DNA of 64,000 nt, taken from the NCBI GenBank assembly GCA_965208125.1, contig OZ242320.1:864001-928000 (forward strand), given 5' to 3'. This DNA is from Candidatus Latescibacterota bacterium. GTDB taxonomy: Bacteria; Latescibacterota; UBA2968. A program made the translations under genes and the position numbers. Below, in pieces: positions 35,088 to 44,719 of this stretch (positions are counted from its first letter, which is position 1; each line of letters begins with the position of its first letter). The notes under the pieces were generated by a model. It was given only the letters and a program-made list of their open reading frames with translations, was not told the DNA's origin and searched no databases.

Positions 35088-37835
35088 ATGAGCGATACAA
35101 TCACCATCAGAGGTGCGCGTCAGCACAACCTCAAAAATATCGATCTGGACATCCCGCGCAACTGCCTCGTCGTCATCACCGGACCCTCAGGGTCGGGCAA
35201 ATCGTCCCTGGCCTTCGACACGATCTACGCCGAAGGACAACGCCGTTATGTGGAATCGCTATCCGCTTATGCGCGGCAATTTCTCGATCTCATGGACAAA
35301 CCCGATGCCGACAGCATAGAAGGTCTCTCGCCTGCTGTGGCAATCCAACAACGCGGCATCCCTCGCACACCGCGATCAACAGTCGGCACCATAACCGAAG
35401 TCTATGACTACTTGCGTCTCTTATTCGCCAGAATAGGCACACCCCATTGTCCGATATGCAGCCAGCCCATTGTGCGCCAGAGCGTCGCGCAAATTGTCGA
35501 TCGCGTACTCGCACTGCCCGAAGGACAACGCCTTCAGATCCTCGCGCCCCTGATCCGAAATACCAGAGGCTCCCACCTGAGTATTTTCAGCCAGTTGCGC
35601 AAGGAAGGCTATCTCAGGGTGCGCGTCAATGGCGAAGTTCTATCACTCGATAGCGACATCAACCTCAATAAAAATACAGCGCACAACATCGAAGCCGTCA
35701 TCGACCGCCTCATTGTGCGCGAAAACATGGCCGCGCGCCTCGCAGACTCACTCGAAACAGCCCTCGACCTTGCCAACGGCACAGCCACACTCGACATTAT
35801 CGACCAGGAGGAATGGACATTTTCCACGCGCTTTGCCTGCACAGAAGGCCACTTTGAAATCGAAGAAATAGAACCCCGTCTCTTCACATTCAACAGCCCG
35901 CATGGCGCTTGCCCCACTTGCAGCGGTATGGGCACTGTTTTTGAAGTCGATCCCGACCTCGTCGTACCCGATCCGTCAAAATCCATCCTCGAAGGCGCGA
36001 TTGCCCCCTGGGGCATTCCCAAGGGCAAACGCCAGGCAGACCAACTTCAACGCCTATCGCGCAACCTCTCATTCGATCCCTCAGCGCCCTTTTCTAAACT
36101 TTCCAAAACCGTTCAAAGAGCAATCCTCAGAGGAAAAGCCGGCGTCATACCCGACCTCCAGCACCAATACAAAACGGCTACATCCGACGAAGCGCGGGAA
36201 AAAATCGAGCGTTTTATGCGCGGGCAAACCTGCTCCGACTGCCAGGGCGCGTGCCTGCGCCCAGAAGCCCTTGCCGTCACAATTGCCAATTGTACAATTG
36301 CCGACATCGCCAGCAGGCCCATTAAAAAAATCAGGCAATTCTTCCAAACGCTCGACCTCAAAAACAACGCGGCCGAGATCGCTGCCCCCCTCACACGCGA
36401 AATTGAAAACCGCCTCGCATTTCTCACGGATGTCGGCGTGGGGTATCTCGCGCTCAACCGCAGAGCCGCAACGCTTTCGGGAGGCGAATTTCAGCGCATT
36501 CGCCTCGCCACACAAATCGGAACCCGCCTCGTCGGCGTTCTCTACGTACTCGACGAACCCAGCATTGGCCTGCACCCCCGCGACAATCGCAAACTCATCG
36601 ACACCTTCTGCAACCTGCGCGATCTGGGCAACTCGGTCATCGTGGTCGAACACGACCGCGAAGCCATGCAAATGGCCGATCACCTCATCGACTTAGGCCC
36701 GGGCGCGGGCGAAAGTGGCGGCAAAATTATCTCACAGGGACCGCCAGAAACCGTAATCGCAGACGAAAATTCTCTCACCGGCAGTTATCTCTCCGGTCGA
36801 AAAACCATTCCCCTCCCCCCCGACATCCGACAGCCTCGCGGGCATCTCTCAATCAAGGGCGCCAGCGGACACAACTTGCAAAATGTCAATATCGATATTC
36901 CACTGGGCGTCTTTGTATGCGTCACCGGCGTATCCGGGTCGGGCAAAAGCTCACTCATCAACCACACCCTGTATCCCGCGCTCGCCCACCAACTCCACCG
37001 CGCCGGCACAGAACCATTGCCCTACAAATCTATCGAAGGCATTGAACAAATCGACAAAGTCATTCGCATAGACCAATCCCCAATCGGGCGCACCCCCCGA
37101 TCAAATGCCGCCACATACACGGGCCTCTTCACAGGAATACGCGAACTCTACGCCCAATTGCCCGAATCCAGAGTGCGCGGTTACGGCGCCGGGCGCTTCA
37201 GCTTCAACATCAAAGGCGGGCGCTGCGAAGCCTGCCTGGGCGATGGCGTGCGCCGCATCGAAATGCACTTCCTCCCCGACGTATTCGTCACCTGCGACGT
37301 ATGCGGTGGCAGCCGATACAACAGAGAAACCCTCGAAATCCGGTACAAAGGCAGTTCAATAGCCGACGTCTTAAACCTCACAGTAAATCGTGCCCGCACC
37401 TTCTTCCGCAACATCCCGGCGGCACAGCGACAACTCAAATCACTCGCCGACGTGGGCCTGGGTTATTTGCGCCTCGGCCAGCCCGCCACATCGCTTTCCG
37501 GCGGTGAGGCACAGCGCGTCAAACTCGCAACCGAACTGGCGCGAACCGCCACGGGCAAAACGCTTTACCTCCTCGACGAACCCACCACGGGCTTGCACTT
37601 TGACGACATTCGCGTCCTCATCGAAGTCCTTGACCGCCTCGTTGACCGAGGCAACACCGTTCTCGTCATAGAGCACAACCTCGACGTCGTCAAACGCGCA
37701 GACTGGATCATCGACCTCGGGCCCGACGCAGGTGAAAACGGCGGCAACATTGTCGCCACCGGCACGCCAGAAACCATCGCCCAAACTTCATCTTCTCACA
37801 CGGGTCGGTTCCTCAAAGAAATTTTAACCCCATAA
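35088..37835 (+). CDS. uvrA: Excinuclease ABC subunit A
   Basis: [23 protein letters not shown], two ABC cassettes, zinc fingers, [12 protein letters not shown]. Confidence 0.97.
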   Translation: MSDTITIRGARQHNLKNIDLDIPRNCLVVITGPSGSGKSSLAFDTIYAEGQRRYVESLSAYARQFLDLMDKPDADSIEGLSPAVAIQQRGIPRTPRSTVGTITEVYDYLRLLFARIGTPHCPICSQPIVRQSVAQIVDRVLALPEGQRLQILAPLIRNTRGSHLSIFSQLRKEGYLRVRVNGEVLSLDSDINLNKNTAHNIEAVIDRLIVRENMAARLADSLETALDLANGTATLDIIDQEEWTFSTRFACTEGHFEIEEIEPRLFTFNSPHGACPTCSGMGTVFEVDPDLVVPDPSKSILEGAIAPWGIPKGKRQADQLQRLSRNLSFDPSAPFSKLSKTVQRAILRGKAGVIPDLQHQYKTATSDEAREKIERFMRGQTCSDCQGACLRPEALAVTIANCTIADIASRPIKKIRQFFQTLDLKNNAAEIAAPLTREIENRLAFLTDVGVGYLALNRRAATLSGGEFQRIRLATQIGTRLVGVLYVLDEPSIGLHPRDNRKLIDTFCNLRDLGNSVIVVEHDREAMQMADHLIDLGPGAGESGGKIISQGPPETVIADENSLTGSYLSGRKTIPLPPDIRQPRGHLSIKGASGHNLQNVNIDIPLGVFVCVTGVSGSGKSSLINHTLYPALAHQLHRAGTEPLPYKSIEGIEQIDKVIRIDQSPIGRTPRSNAATYTGLFTGIRELYAQLPESRVRGYGAGRFSFNIKGGRCEACLGDGVRRIEMHFLPDVFVTCDVCGGSRYNRETLEIRYKGSSIADVLNLTVNRARTFFRNIPAAQRQLKSLADVGLGYLRLGQPATSLSGGEAQRVKLATELARTATGKTLYLLDEPTTGLHFDDIRVLIEVLDRLVDRGNTVLVIEHNLDVVKRADWIIDLGPDAGENGGNIVATGTPETIAQTSSSHTGRFLKEILTP

Positions 37836-37889
37836 AAAAAAGCGCCCCATCACTTACTGGAACGCTTTCTCCTATAGATTTCCCACCAC

Positions 37890-38903
37890 CTATTTCCGCT
37901 CATCGTACTGCCGCCTGTAATACTCTCGATAATTCTCGCTATCTCGAATTTTTCGCCACCAGTCTTCATTGCCCAAATACCACTCAACCGTCAGGCGCAA
38001 TGACTCTTCAAAATTGTACTTTGGCTTCCATCCCAGCGCCATAATTTTTGACGCATTCAAAGAATACCGCATATCGTGCCCGGGCCGGTCAGCCACATGC
38101 TCCATCAAATCTCTGGGCTTCTCCAAATACTCCAGAATCTTTTCCGCAACAGAAAGGCCATCCGCCTCATTCTCACCCCCCACATTATACGCCTCGCCCT
38201 GCGCGCCCTTGTGCAGCACCAGATCAATCGCCTCGCAGTGATCCGTCACATACAGATGATCGCGAATCGCCGTCCCCGCGCCATACACCGGCAATGCAAT
38301 ATCGTCCATCGCATTGGTAATGTAAATGGGCACGCGCTTCTCGGGATATTGAAACCCGCCAATATTATTGGACGCGCGCGTAATCACCACGGGCAAATTG
38401 TATGTAATGGCAAACGCCTGCGCCATAAGGTCTCCAGACGCCTTTGCCACCGCATAGGGATTGCGCGGTGCAATCGGTGCATCTTCCGTCCACGGATCTT
38501 CGTCCGCCTCCAAAGACCCATACACCTCATCAGTACTCACCTGCAAAAATCGCTCAACACCGCAATCTCGCGCCGCGGCCAGCAGCGTGTACACACCCAG
38601 CGCATTGGACTTCATAAACTCCTCGGCACCCATAATGCTCCGATCCACATGGCTCTCCGCAGCAAAATTCACTACCAGATCAACCCGCTGCATCAAATCA
38701 TTGACCAATCCGGCATCGCAAATATCACCCCGCACAAATTCGTACCGGGAACTGTCCGCAACATCCAGCAGATTGTCCAGATTGCCCGCGTACGTCAGCT
38801 TGTCCAAATTGATAACGCGATAATCGCGATACGCATTGAGAACATATCGCACAAAATGGCTGCCGATAAACCCGGCACCGCCTGTAATGAGCATTGTCTT
38901 CAA
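37890..38903 (-). CDS. rfbB: dTDP-glucose 4,6-dehydratase
   Basis: TGGAGFIGS, DKLTYAGNL, AAESHVDRSI, STDEVYG, YxxxK, DRPGHDMRY. Confidence 0.93.
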   Translation of the reverse strand: MKTMLITGGAGFIGSHFVRYVLNAYRDYRVINLDKLTYAGNLDNLLDVADSSRYEFVRGDICDAGLVNDLMQRVDLVVNFAAESHVDRSIMGAEEFMKSNALGVYTLLAAARDCGVERFLQVSTDEVYGSLEADEDPWTEDAPIAPRNPYAVAKASGDLMAQAFAITYNLPVVITRASNNIGGFQYPEKRVPIYITNAMDDIALPVYGAGTAIRDHLYVTDHCEAIDLVLHKGAQGEAYNVGGENEADGLSVAEKILEYLEKPRDLMEHVADRPGHDMRYSLNASKIMALGWKPKYNFEESLRLTVEWYLGNEDWWRKIRDSENYREYYRRQYDERK

Positions 38904-39201
38904 ATTCTTCTCCGTTCACCTGAATGAGGGGTGTGCATAATTCATTTGTTGTGATAAAACTACGTATAAAGTTTTTTTCATGCCTTCGGCGACTTTATTT
39001 TTTTGCGCGCCCAAAAAAATAAAGGAAAAAAAGGGCGCCCCTGCGGGGGGCTTGCACAGCGCAAAACGTTTGTGGAGATTGTACGTCAGAAGGTGGCCTG
39101 CACAGTTGGAATGCCATCAAGATGTCCACTGCGAGACGGACTCGCGCGCTGTGCGTGATGGCTTTAACTGATGGTTTTGGGGATGGTTCTTTTATGATGG
39201 C

Positions 39202-39396
39202 TTATTTTGAGTACACCGCCTTTGTGTCCTCTCGAACGCCCTCCAGTAAGTCTGCGGCAAGATAGTAATCCTCCACATCCTCAAGACCGCGTTTGATAAT
39301 CTCTCTAAGAAAGAAATCCTTGCTGCGCCCTGTTCGCGCCACGAGGGAATCAATTCGTTTCTCAGCTTCGGAAGCCAGTTGAATAGTACTCGCCAT
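39202..39396 (-). CDS. RHH/CopG-like (RelB/TraY-type) antitoxin, C-terminally short, no toxin gene downstream
   Basis: MASTIQLASEAEKRIDSLVARTGRSKDFFLREIIKRGLEDVEDYYLA; AGAGGAG RBS upstream. Confidence 0.7.
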   Translation of the reverse strand: MASTIQLASEAEKRIDSLVARTGRSKDFFLREIIKRGLEDVEDYYLAADLLEGVREDTKAVYSK

Positions 39397-39493
39397 ATTG
39401 CCATCTCCTCTAAACATCTCAAAATAGACACGATACCGATCTGGTATCGCCATCATTTCATACACGTCTTCCTGCAGTTGGTTCAATATAAAC

Positions 39494-39831
39494 TAACTCA
39501 AGTTGTGACGTAAACGATTACAAAATTTCCATGACATTCTTTTAATATGGGAAGCAAGCAATCACCCTCTCAAGAAACGATTGTGTTGATGGATAGCTGG
39601 TATATCATTAACACTACCCTTTAGTATGCAATAACTATGCCAATTTGGATTTCTATAACTAATTTTATTCATAAAAGATTATTTCTAATAAAGATATAGT
39701 TTTTTTATTCTAAAAAAGCCAACCTGCATTTTAGGATCTTTTTCACCATATACGGTGAAAAAAAACGATATATGGTCACAGGTGTATTTTGGCTTATAGT
39801 CTTTCTGCTTTATACCACACAACTTGAGTTA
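39494..39831. mobile_element. 338-bp AT-rich MITE-like element with perfect 14-bp terminal inverted repeats
   Basis: taactcaagttgtg (39494-39507) and cacaacttgagtta (39818-39831); no transposase. The right end coincides with the res stop codon. Confidence 0.6.
39627..39642 (-). promoter_or_regulatory. sigma54-type -24/-12 motif
   Basis: Minus strand TGGCAT-AGTTA-TTGCA fits TGGCAC-N5-TTGCW with one mismatch. Confidence 0.45.
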
Positions 39832-42468
39832 AACATTACCAATTTTTTCTATCAACTGCTGTCGTACATCCTTCCCATCGACGTTCATCTCAGCGATGAT
39901 AAACAGCCCTTTACCATCACTCGTCCGCTCCCAAAGGGCACCAATAGTCCGCTTCTCGGCGGTATCGGCTCCTTCAGCAATATGTGCACCCTTGTATTCG
40001 ACGATAAAAAGACGTTCATCCTCCAACTGTGCGACAAAGTCCGGGTAGAATTTATCCGTCGCAGTCGGCAGAAAAAACGACTCCGAATGACGCGCTACAT
40101 TGCGAATCCAGTACTTCACTCCTGCCAGACTGTCGATGATCTGAGCACACTGCGCTTCCTCACCATCTTCGGCACTATCAAAAGCGGGCACGCGATCCGG
40201 ACCTAAAAAATGCTTGCGCGGCTTCCAGCGCCCGCGATAGTATCGTTGATCCTGGTACATCCCATCCTTGAAAGTGAAGGCAGCATCGAATGAAACAGAG
40301 GCTTTAGACCCGGGCGCAAAGAGATATCGCTGATATACACTTTCCCGTTCCTCTCGACGAATGTCATTGATCTTATTCTCAATTTTGTTGGCAAGCAGAA
40401 ATTTGCAACGCATCAGCGCAGAGATGGACATGCCGCGTGCCTTGAGCAAATGATCGACCAGTTCGCGTAGCCATTTGAGCAGTTCGCTCTGGTGAATATC
40501 TACCTGTCGCACCTGCCGGTCGAGCCACAGGACAAGTGCCTCTGGCGTCCACCCTTCCGCGGCAATATCCAGAATCAATTGCTCATCTTCACTGGCAAAC
40601 TGATAGGTGACGCGCTTGCCTTCAATGTCAATCTCAAAACTGCGGGCCGTCTCTCGGATCGTGAACTCATCTTCGTCCATCTTCGGGGAATAATTGAGCA
40701 GCGACCAATCGTGGTATTCCATAAAAATGTCCGTATCGGCAAATTCCAGCGTGCCCTGGATAACCGACATCAGACGCGGAATCTCGAATTTCTCCCCTTG
40801 TTCAGCAGGCGATACTTGATCCTTGACCTCGTTGCGATATTTCGCAACAGCATCGGCAAAATCTTTTCTCTGCGGTTCGGGCAAAGTTTCACAAATCGTC
40901 TTCTCATCGTCCTGACTGATCCAGCCCGTAACCGCGATCTCAACCTCTCCTTCAGTTGTTTCGCGCACCAGCAGTCCATCTTGCCCTACCCCTTCAAGCT
41001 TGGACAAAACTTCTGGCGTCGCCGGGATCTTGTATCTTAATACCGGCTCTGACTTCTGGCGCGGGCCAAACAAATCACCCTGATCGTCGAACGCACGCTG
41101 AACTGGCTCAATATTATCGAGGGCCTCATCTTCCTCAAAGCCCATACCCACCAATTTATCAGTAAGCCCTCGCGCAGCCTCTCCAAAGGATGGTTCAGAT
41201 AGGAATGCATACGCTTTGTTTAGATCGGCAACCCCACGCCGTTTGGCATAAGGCATCCGAAGCACGCGACCGAGAAGTTGCTCCACATCTTTCGCACTTT
41301 GAATGCGCGACACAGAGCAGAAAACATAAGCAAATGAGCAGTCCCACCCCTCTTTCAGCGCCTCAACCGTAATGATGTATTCGATAGGACAAGAGCGGTC
41401 AAACAGATCAATACCATCGAGTTCGCGCTGGTTACCAGTGGCAATGGCGATCTTGTCTTCCGGAATCTGTTCCACTTCCATCAAATGATCTTTCAGTGCT
41501 GCGACCGTCACCTCCTGATTTCGTGGCTGCGCCTGAAACAACACAATGGGACGGATATAGTCGGCATCGTCGCTCGCAGTCTCTGCAAGAGAAGCACAAG
41601 CGGCAATAGCACCGTTCACCGCATTTTGCCATGTATCGTGCTCGGAAAGCATAATAGGCAACTTGATCATCTCTTCGCGCTTCAACTCCTGCGCCGTAAC
41701 ACTGTGCAAAATATTTGACCTGCGCCGCGGCGTAGCCGTGAACTCGACAATCGCGCACGGCTTCACCCGCGCCTGCATCTCCCGGGTCAAGCCTGTAACC
41801 GCGTTGTGCGCCTCATCCACAATCATCAGTGGGCGGTGGATATGGAGCAAGTTGGCAAAAGAAAACTTGACGCCACCCTGTTCCAGTTTCTCCAGCCCTG
41901 GGGCATTGTCCAGGACATTGGAGAAATGCGGCTCCATCTCCTCATTGTGTGCATAAACCTTGCGTCCCTCAGTACTCCTCACCCTCAGCGTTTGAATCGT
42001 ACCGACCACAATGCAGCAATGATCGCGGATATCGTGCGGTCGGATATGCGTGAAATCCGCAATATCGAACACCCGCACCCGACCATCAAAAGCCTCGTCC
42101 AACACCTGTCGATACGCATGGCGAGCAGTCTTCAATGCCTCAACCGTTTGCTGGCGAATGGTATTCGTCGGCACCAGCCAGAGCACCACAGGATAATCCT
42201 TCTCAATCCATGCATTACGGGCGACAGATACGGCATGTGCAGCGAGAATCGTCTTACCCCCACCCGTGGGCAGGCGCAAACAAACATAGGGCACATCAAA
42301 CAATTCTTTTAACGGCACATAAGCACCAGCATAGCCCCCAAGCCGCATTGCCTGCTCTGGCTCTTGCGTGATCGCCTCGTACGCATTCTTTGGCCCAGCC
42401 ATCCGCGCCTCCTCAAAGAAGCGACGCAGAATAGACAGCGTATCGGTCTGGTATTGCTTTAAGTTCAT
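39829..42468 (-). CDS. res: Type III restriction enzyme Res subunit (SF2 helicase plus PD-(D/E)xK nuclease)
   Basis: LPTGGGKT, VDEAH, FTATP, LKEGWD, QLLGRVLR and C-terminal FYPDFVA..VEYKG. Start placed at MNLKQYQ. Confidence 0.9.
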   Translation of the reverse strand: MNLKQYQTDTLSILRRFFEEARMAGPKNAYEAITQEPEQAMRLGGYAGAYVPLKELFDVPYVCLRLPTGGGKTILAAHAVSVARNAWIEKDYPVVLWLVPTNTIRQQTVEALKTARHAYRQVLDEAFDGRVRVFDIADFTHIRPHDIRDHCCIVVGTIQTLRVRSTEGRKVYAHNEEMEPHFSNVLDNAPGLEKLEQGGVKFSFANLLHIHRPLMIVDEAHNAVTGLTREMQARVKPCAIVEFTATPRRRSNILHSVTAQELKREEMIKLPIMLSEHDTWQNAVNGAIAACASLAETASDDADYIRPIVLFQAQPRNQEVTVAALKDHLMEVEQIPEDKIAIATGNQRELDGIDLFDRSCPIEYIITVEALKEGWDCSFAYVFCSVSRIQSAKDVEQLLGRVLRMPYAKRRGVADLNKAYAFLSEPSFGEAARGLTDKLVGMGFEEDEALDNIEPVQRAFDDQGDLFGPRQKSEPVLRYKIPATPEVLSKLEGVGQDGLLVRETTEGEVEIAVTGWISQDDEKTICETLPEPQRKDFADAVAKYRNEVKDQVSPAEQGEKFEIPRLMSVIQGTLEFADTDIFMEYHDWSLLNYSPKMDEDEFTIRETARSFEIDIEGKRVTYQFASEDEQLILDIAAEGWTPEALVLWLDRQVRQVDIHQSELLKWLRELVDHLLKARGMSISALMRCKFLLANKIENKINDIRREERESVYQRYLFAPGSKASVSFDAAFTFKDGMYQDQRYYRGRWKPRKHFLGPDRVPAFDSAEDGEEAQCAQIIDSLAGVKYWIRNVARHSESFFLPTATDKFYPDFVAQLEDERLFIVEYKGAHIAEGADTAEKRTIGALWERTSDGKGLFIIAEMNVDGKDVRQQLIEKIGNV

Positions 42469-42579
42469 AACACGTCTGCTCGATAATGGTTCGGATATTC
42501 TTTGATTTGTCACAAATTACATCTGAAAAAGCACAGGTGAAACTCAAGCGTTTATACCACGAATAATCATTGAAATCGT

Positions 42580-43044
42580 CTATAGGCTTGGGTCGGGAAC
42601 GATTAGTTCGAGATGCCACAGCTTATATGCAACTGTGGGACCGCCTTGATTGCTTCCTGCGGGATCCTCATTCAGTTCACTCCGAATACGTTCTTGTATC
42701 TTGGGCCATAGCGCGGACTGAGAAATATTGGAATCTTGCTGGATGTATTCCAATGCCAGAATCGCATAGGCCCCATTCTTTGAGTAGTCCTCCCTTATAT
42801 CTCTTAACCCTGGATTCTGAAAGCGTCCAAAGCCTTTAATTCTTCCCAATAAATACAGGGTCTCTGCGCCTTTCTTAGGACAGGGTTTGCTTCCGCTTAA
42901 TTCGCTTTTGCCTCCGAGCTCAAAATATGTTTTTAGCCACGCACAGTTCCATTTAGCTCCCCTTTCCACTTTCTTGATAGTACCCAGCACCCAGTCTTTC
43001 AAGCTGATATTACAGAAGCGGTCCAGATCGTTGGCTCGAGTCAT
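42580..43044 (-). CDS. Hypothetical protein, DUF6979-like
   Basis: K.CP..L..LG.IKG, SKN.AYA..A, S..ALW, N....V...LW...LI pattern recalled for DUF6979; AAGGAG RBS. Confidence 0.5.
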   Translation of the reverse strand: MTRANDLDRFCNISLKDWVLGTIKKVERGAKWNCAWLKTYFELGGKSELSGSKPCPKKGAETLYLLGRIKGFGRFQNPGLRDIREDYSKNGAYAILALEYIQQDSNISQSALWPKIQERIRSELNEDPAGSNQGGPTVAYKLWHLELIVPDPSL

Positions 43045-43099
43045 AATGTTTCTCCTTTTTTCAATACTGTTTGCTTTTTACTCGCACGATGATCACCTC

Positions 43100-44653
43100 T
43101 TACATCCGAGCCTTCACATCATAAGGCGTCTGCTTAAAAATAATGCCCTCGCGCTCAAGTGTCTGCGGCATCAAACGCGACTGCTCGCCATAAACCGTCA
43201 ACGGACCATCTGCGTCTGGATGTACTTTGGCGATTTCCTCGCGAATATGCGCCAATGTCGCCCGGGTCAAAACATTGCCACCACCCGGTCGCTTATCTCC
43301 AAGAATACCGTTATACAACAACGCATAGGCACGCCCATCGTGCAAACCGAGAAACGGCGAATCGCCCTTCCCCTTCCACGGATGCCCAGTCTCGCTAAAA
43401 TAGACATGCGCGGCCAACACGGAAAATCCAATATCTGACCGAATCTGCCCATCCTCATCGAACACAGGCGGTCCGAGACGATAGAAGCGAAACCCACCAC
43501 CGCCCTGCCAATTGACACGCTTTGAAATACCACCCTGCTCACCCTCAATCACCTTCCTCAGACGCGGGACACAGTGACTGACCGCGTGCTCACCCATCTC
43601 AATGCCAATATACCGCCGCCCCATCTTATGAGCCACCGCCGCTGTAGTGCCAGAACCGAGGAAGGAATCAAGAACAAGATCGCCGGGGTTGGTAGCGATG
43701 TGAAGGATGCGTTGAATGAGGCGTTCGGGTTTGGCAGTTGAAAAAGGTGTTTCTCCGGGAAACAGCTTAATGATTTCGTTTTTTGCCTCTCCATTGGTGC
43801 CAACTTCTTGGTAAACCCAAAGCGTTGATGGAACGAGTCCCTGTTGAACTTCTGATAAGAATTTCTTTACTCGAGGCACATTATTGCCTTTGGCTCCAAA
43901 CCATATGCGGTTGTCATTGATCATTTCTACAAAGCGATCTTCTATATACAACCAACAGCGCCCTGGAGGGGGATTAACTATACGTCCCGATGGGGTTGTC
44001 ACAGGGAAAAACTGCTCCTTCCTGCGCCCTTTTTCAGCTTTTGCGTGAGCAGGAAGGGAAGCCCAAGGACCTCTTGGATCGTTATCTGGATTTGTAAATC
44101 TCTCAAGCTGACTCTTTGATGCTGGAAGAACATTCCGTATTTCCTTCCAGACTTCCCGGTTCCGTGCGAAGAGAATTATATGATCATGTACGGCCGATAC
44201 ATCCGTTCGATTTTCTCGTGTATGAGTCTTTTGCCAAAATACATTAGCCACGAAATTCTTTCGCCCGAACACCTCATCCATAATGACTTTCAGATAGTGC
44301 GCTTCATTGTCATCAATCGACACCCAAATTGACCCATCCTCCGATAGCAGTTCGCGTAAGAGTTCAAGGCGCGGCCACATCATCGCCAGCCACTTGCTGT
44401 GTTCGAGGTTATCGTCGTAGTGCTCAAAAGCCGAGCGCGTGTTATACGGCGGATCAATGTAAATGCACTTCACCTGACCGGCATAGAACGGCAGCAATGC
44501 CTTGAGCCCGTCAAGATTATCGCCCTGAATGAGCATATTGCCGGCATCCGCATCACCAGTGGAAAATTCGGCGTCTTCCTCCAGCAAGCGACACGGCACG
44601 CGAGTGGCGGCGCGTATATCTTCATCTCGTGTTAGCCAGTGCAGGATGGGCAT
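43100..44653 (-). CDS. mod: Type III R-M Mod subunit, beta-class amino-methyltransferase
   Basis: IQGDNL, IYIDPPYNT (motif IV), TRD, KPERL, DSFLGSGTT (motif I). Confidence 0.93.
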   Translation of the reverse strand: MPILHWLTRDEDIRAATRVPCRLLEEDAEFSTGDADAGNMLIQGDNLDGLKALLPFYAGQVKCIYIDPPYNTRSAFEHYDDNLEHSKWLAMMWPRLELLRELLSEDGSIWVSIDDNEAHYLKVIMDEVFGRKNFVANVFWQKTHTRENRTDVSAVHDHIILFARNREVWKEIRNVLPASKSQLERFTNPDNDPRGPWASLPAHAKAEKGRRKEQFFPVTTPSGRIVNPPPGRCWLYIEDRFVEMINDNRIWFGAKGNNVPRVKKFLSEVQQGLVPSTLWVYQEVGTNGEAKNEIIKLFPGETPFSTAKPERLIQRILHIATNPGDLVLDSFLGSGTTAAVAHKMGRRYIGIEMGEHAVSHCVPRLRKVIEGEQGGISKRVNWQGGGGFRFYRLGPPVFDEDGQIRSDIGFSVLAAHVYFSETGHPWKGKGDSPFLGLHDGRAYALLYNGILGDKRPGGGNVLTRATLAHIREEIAKVHPDADGPLTVYGEQSRLMPQTLEREGIIFKQTPYDVKARM

Positions 44654-44719
44654 GGGGTATTATGTGGGTTTGGGGTTATTGTTTTTGCGATAGAGGTGGG
44701 ATTACCTGTTTTAGTTCTA

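Noticed and set aside
43100-44653. Phase-variable mod (phasevarion)
   Set aside because: No simple-sequence repeat tract seen in or before the gene.
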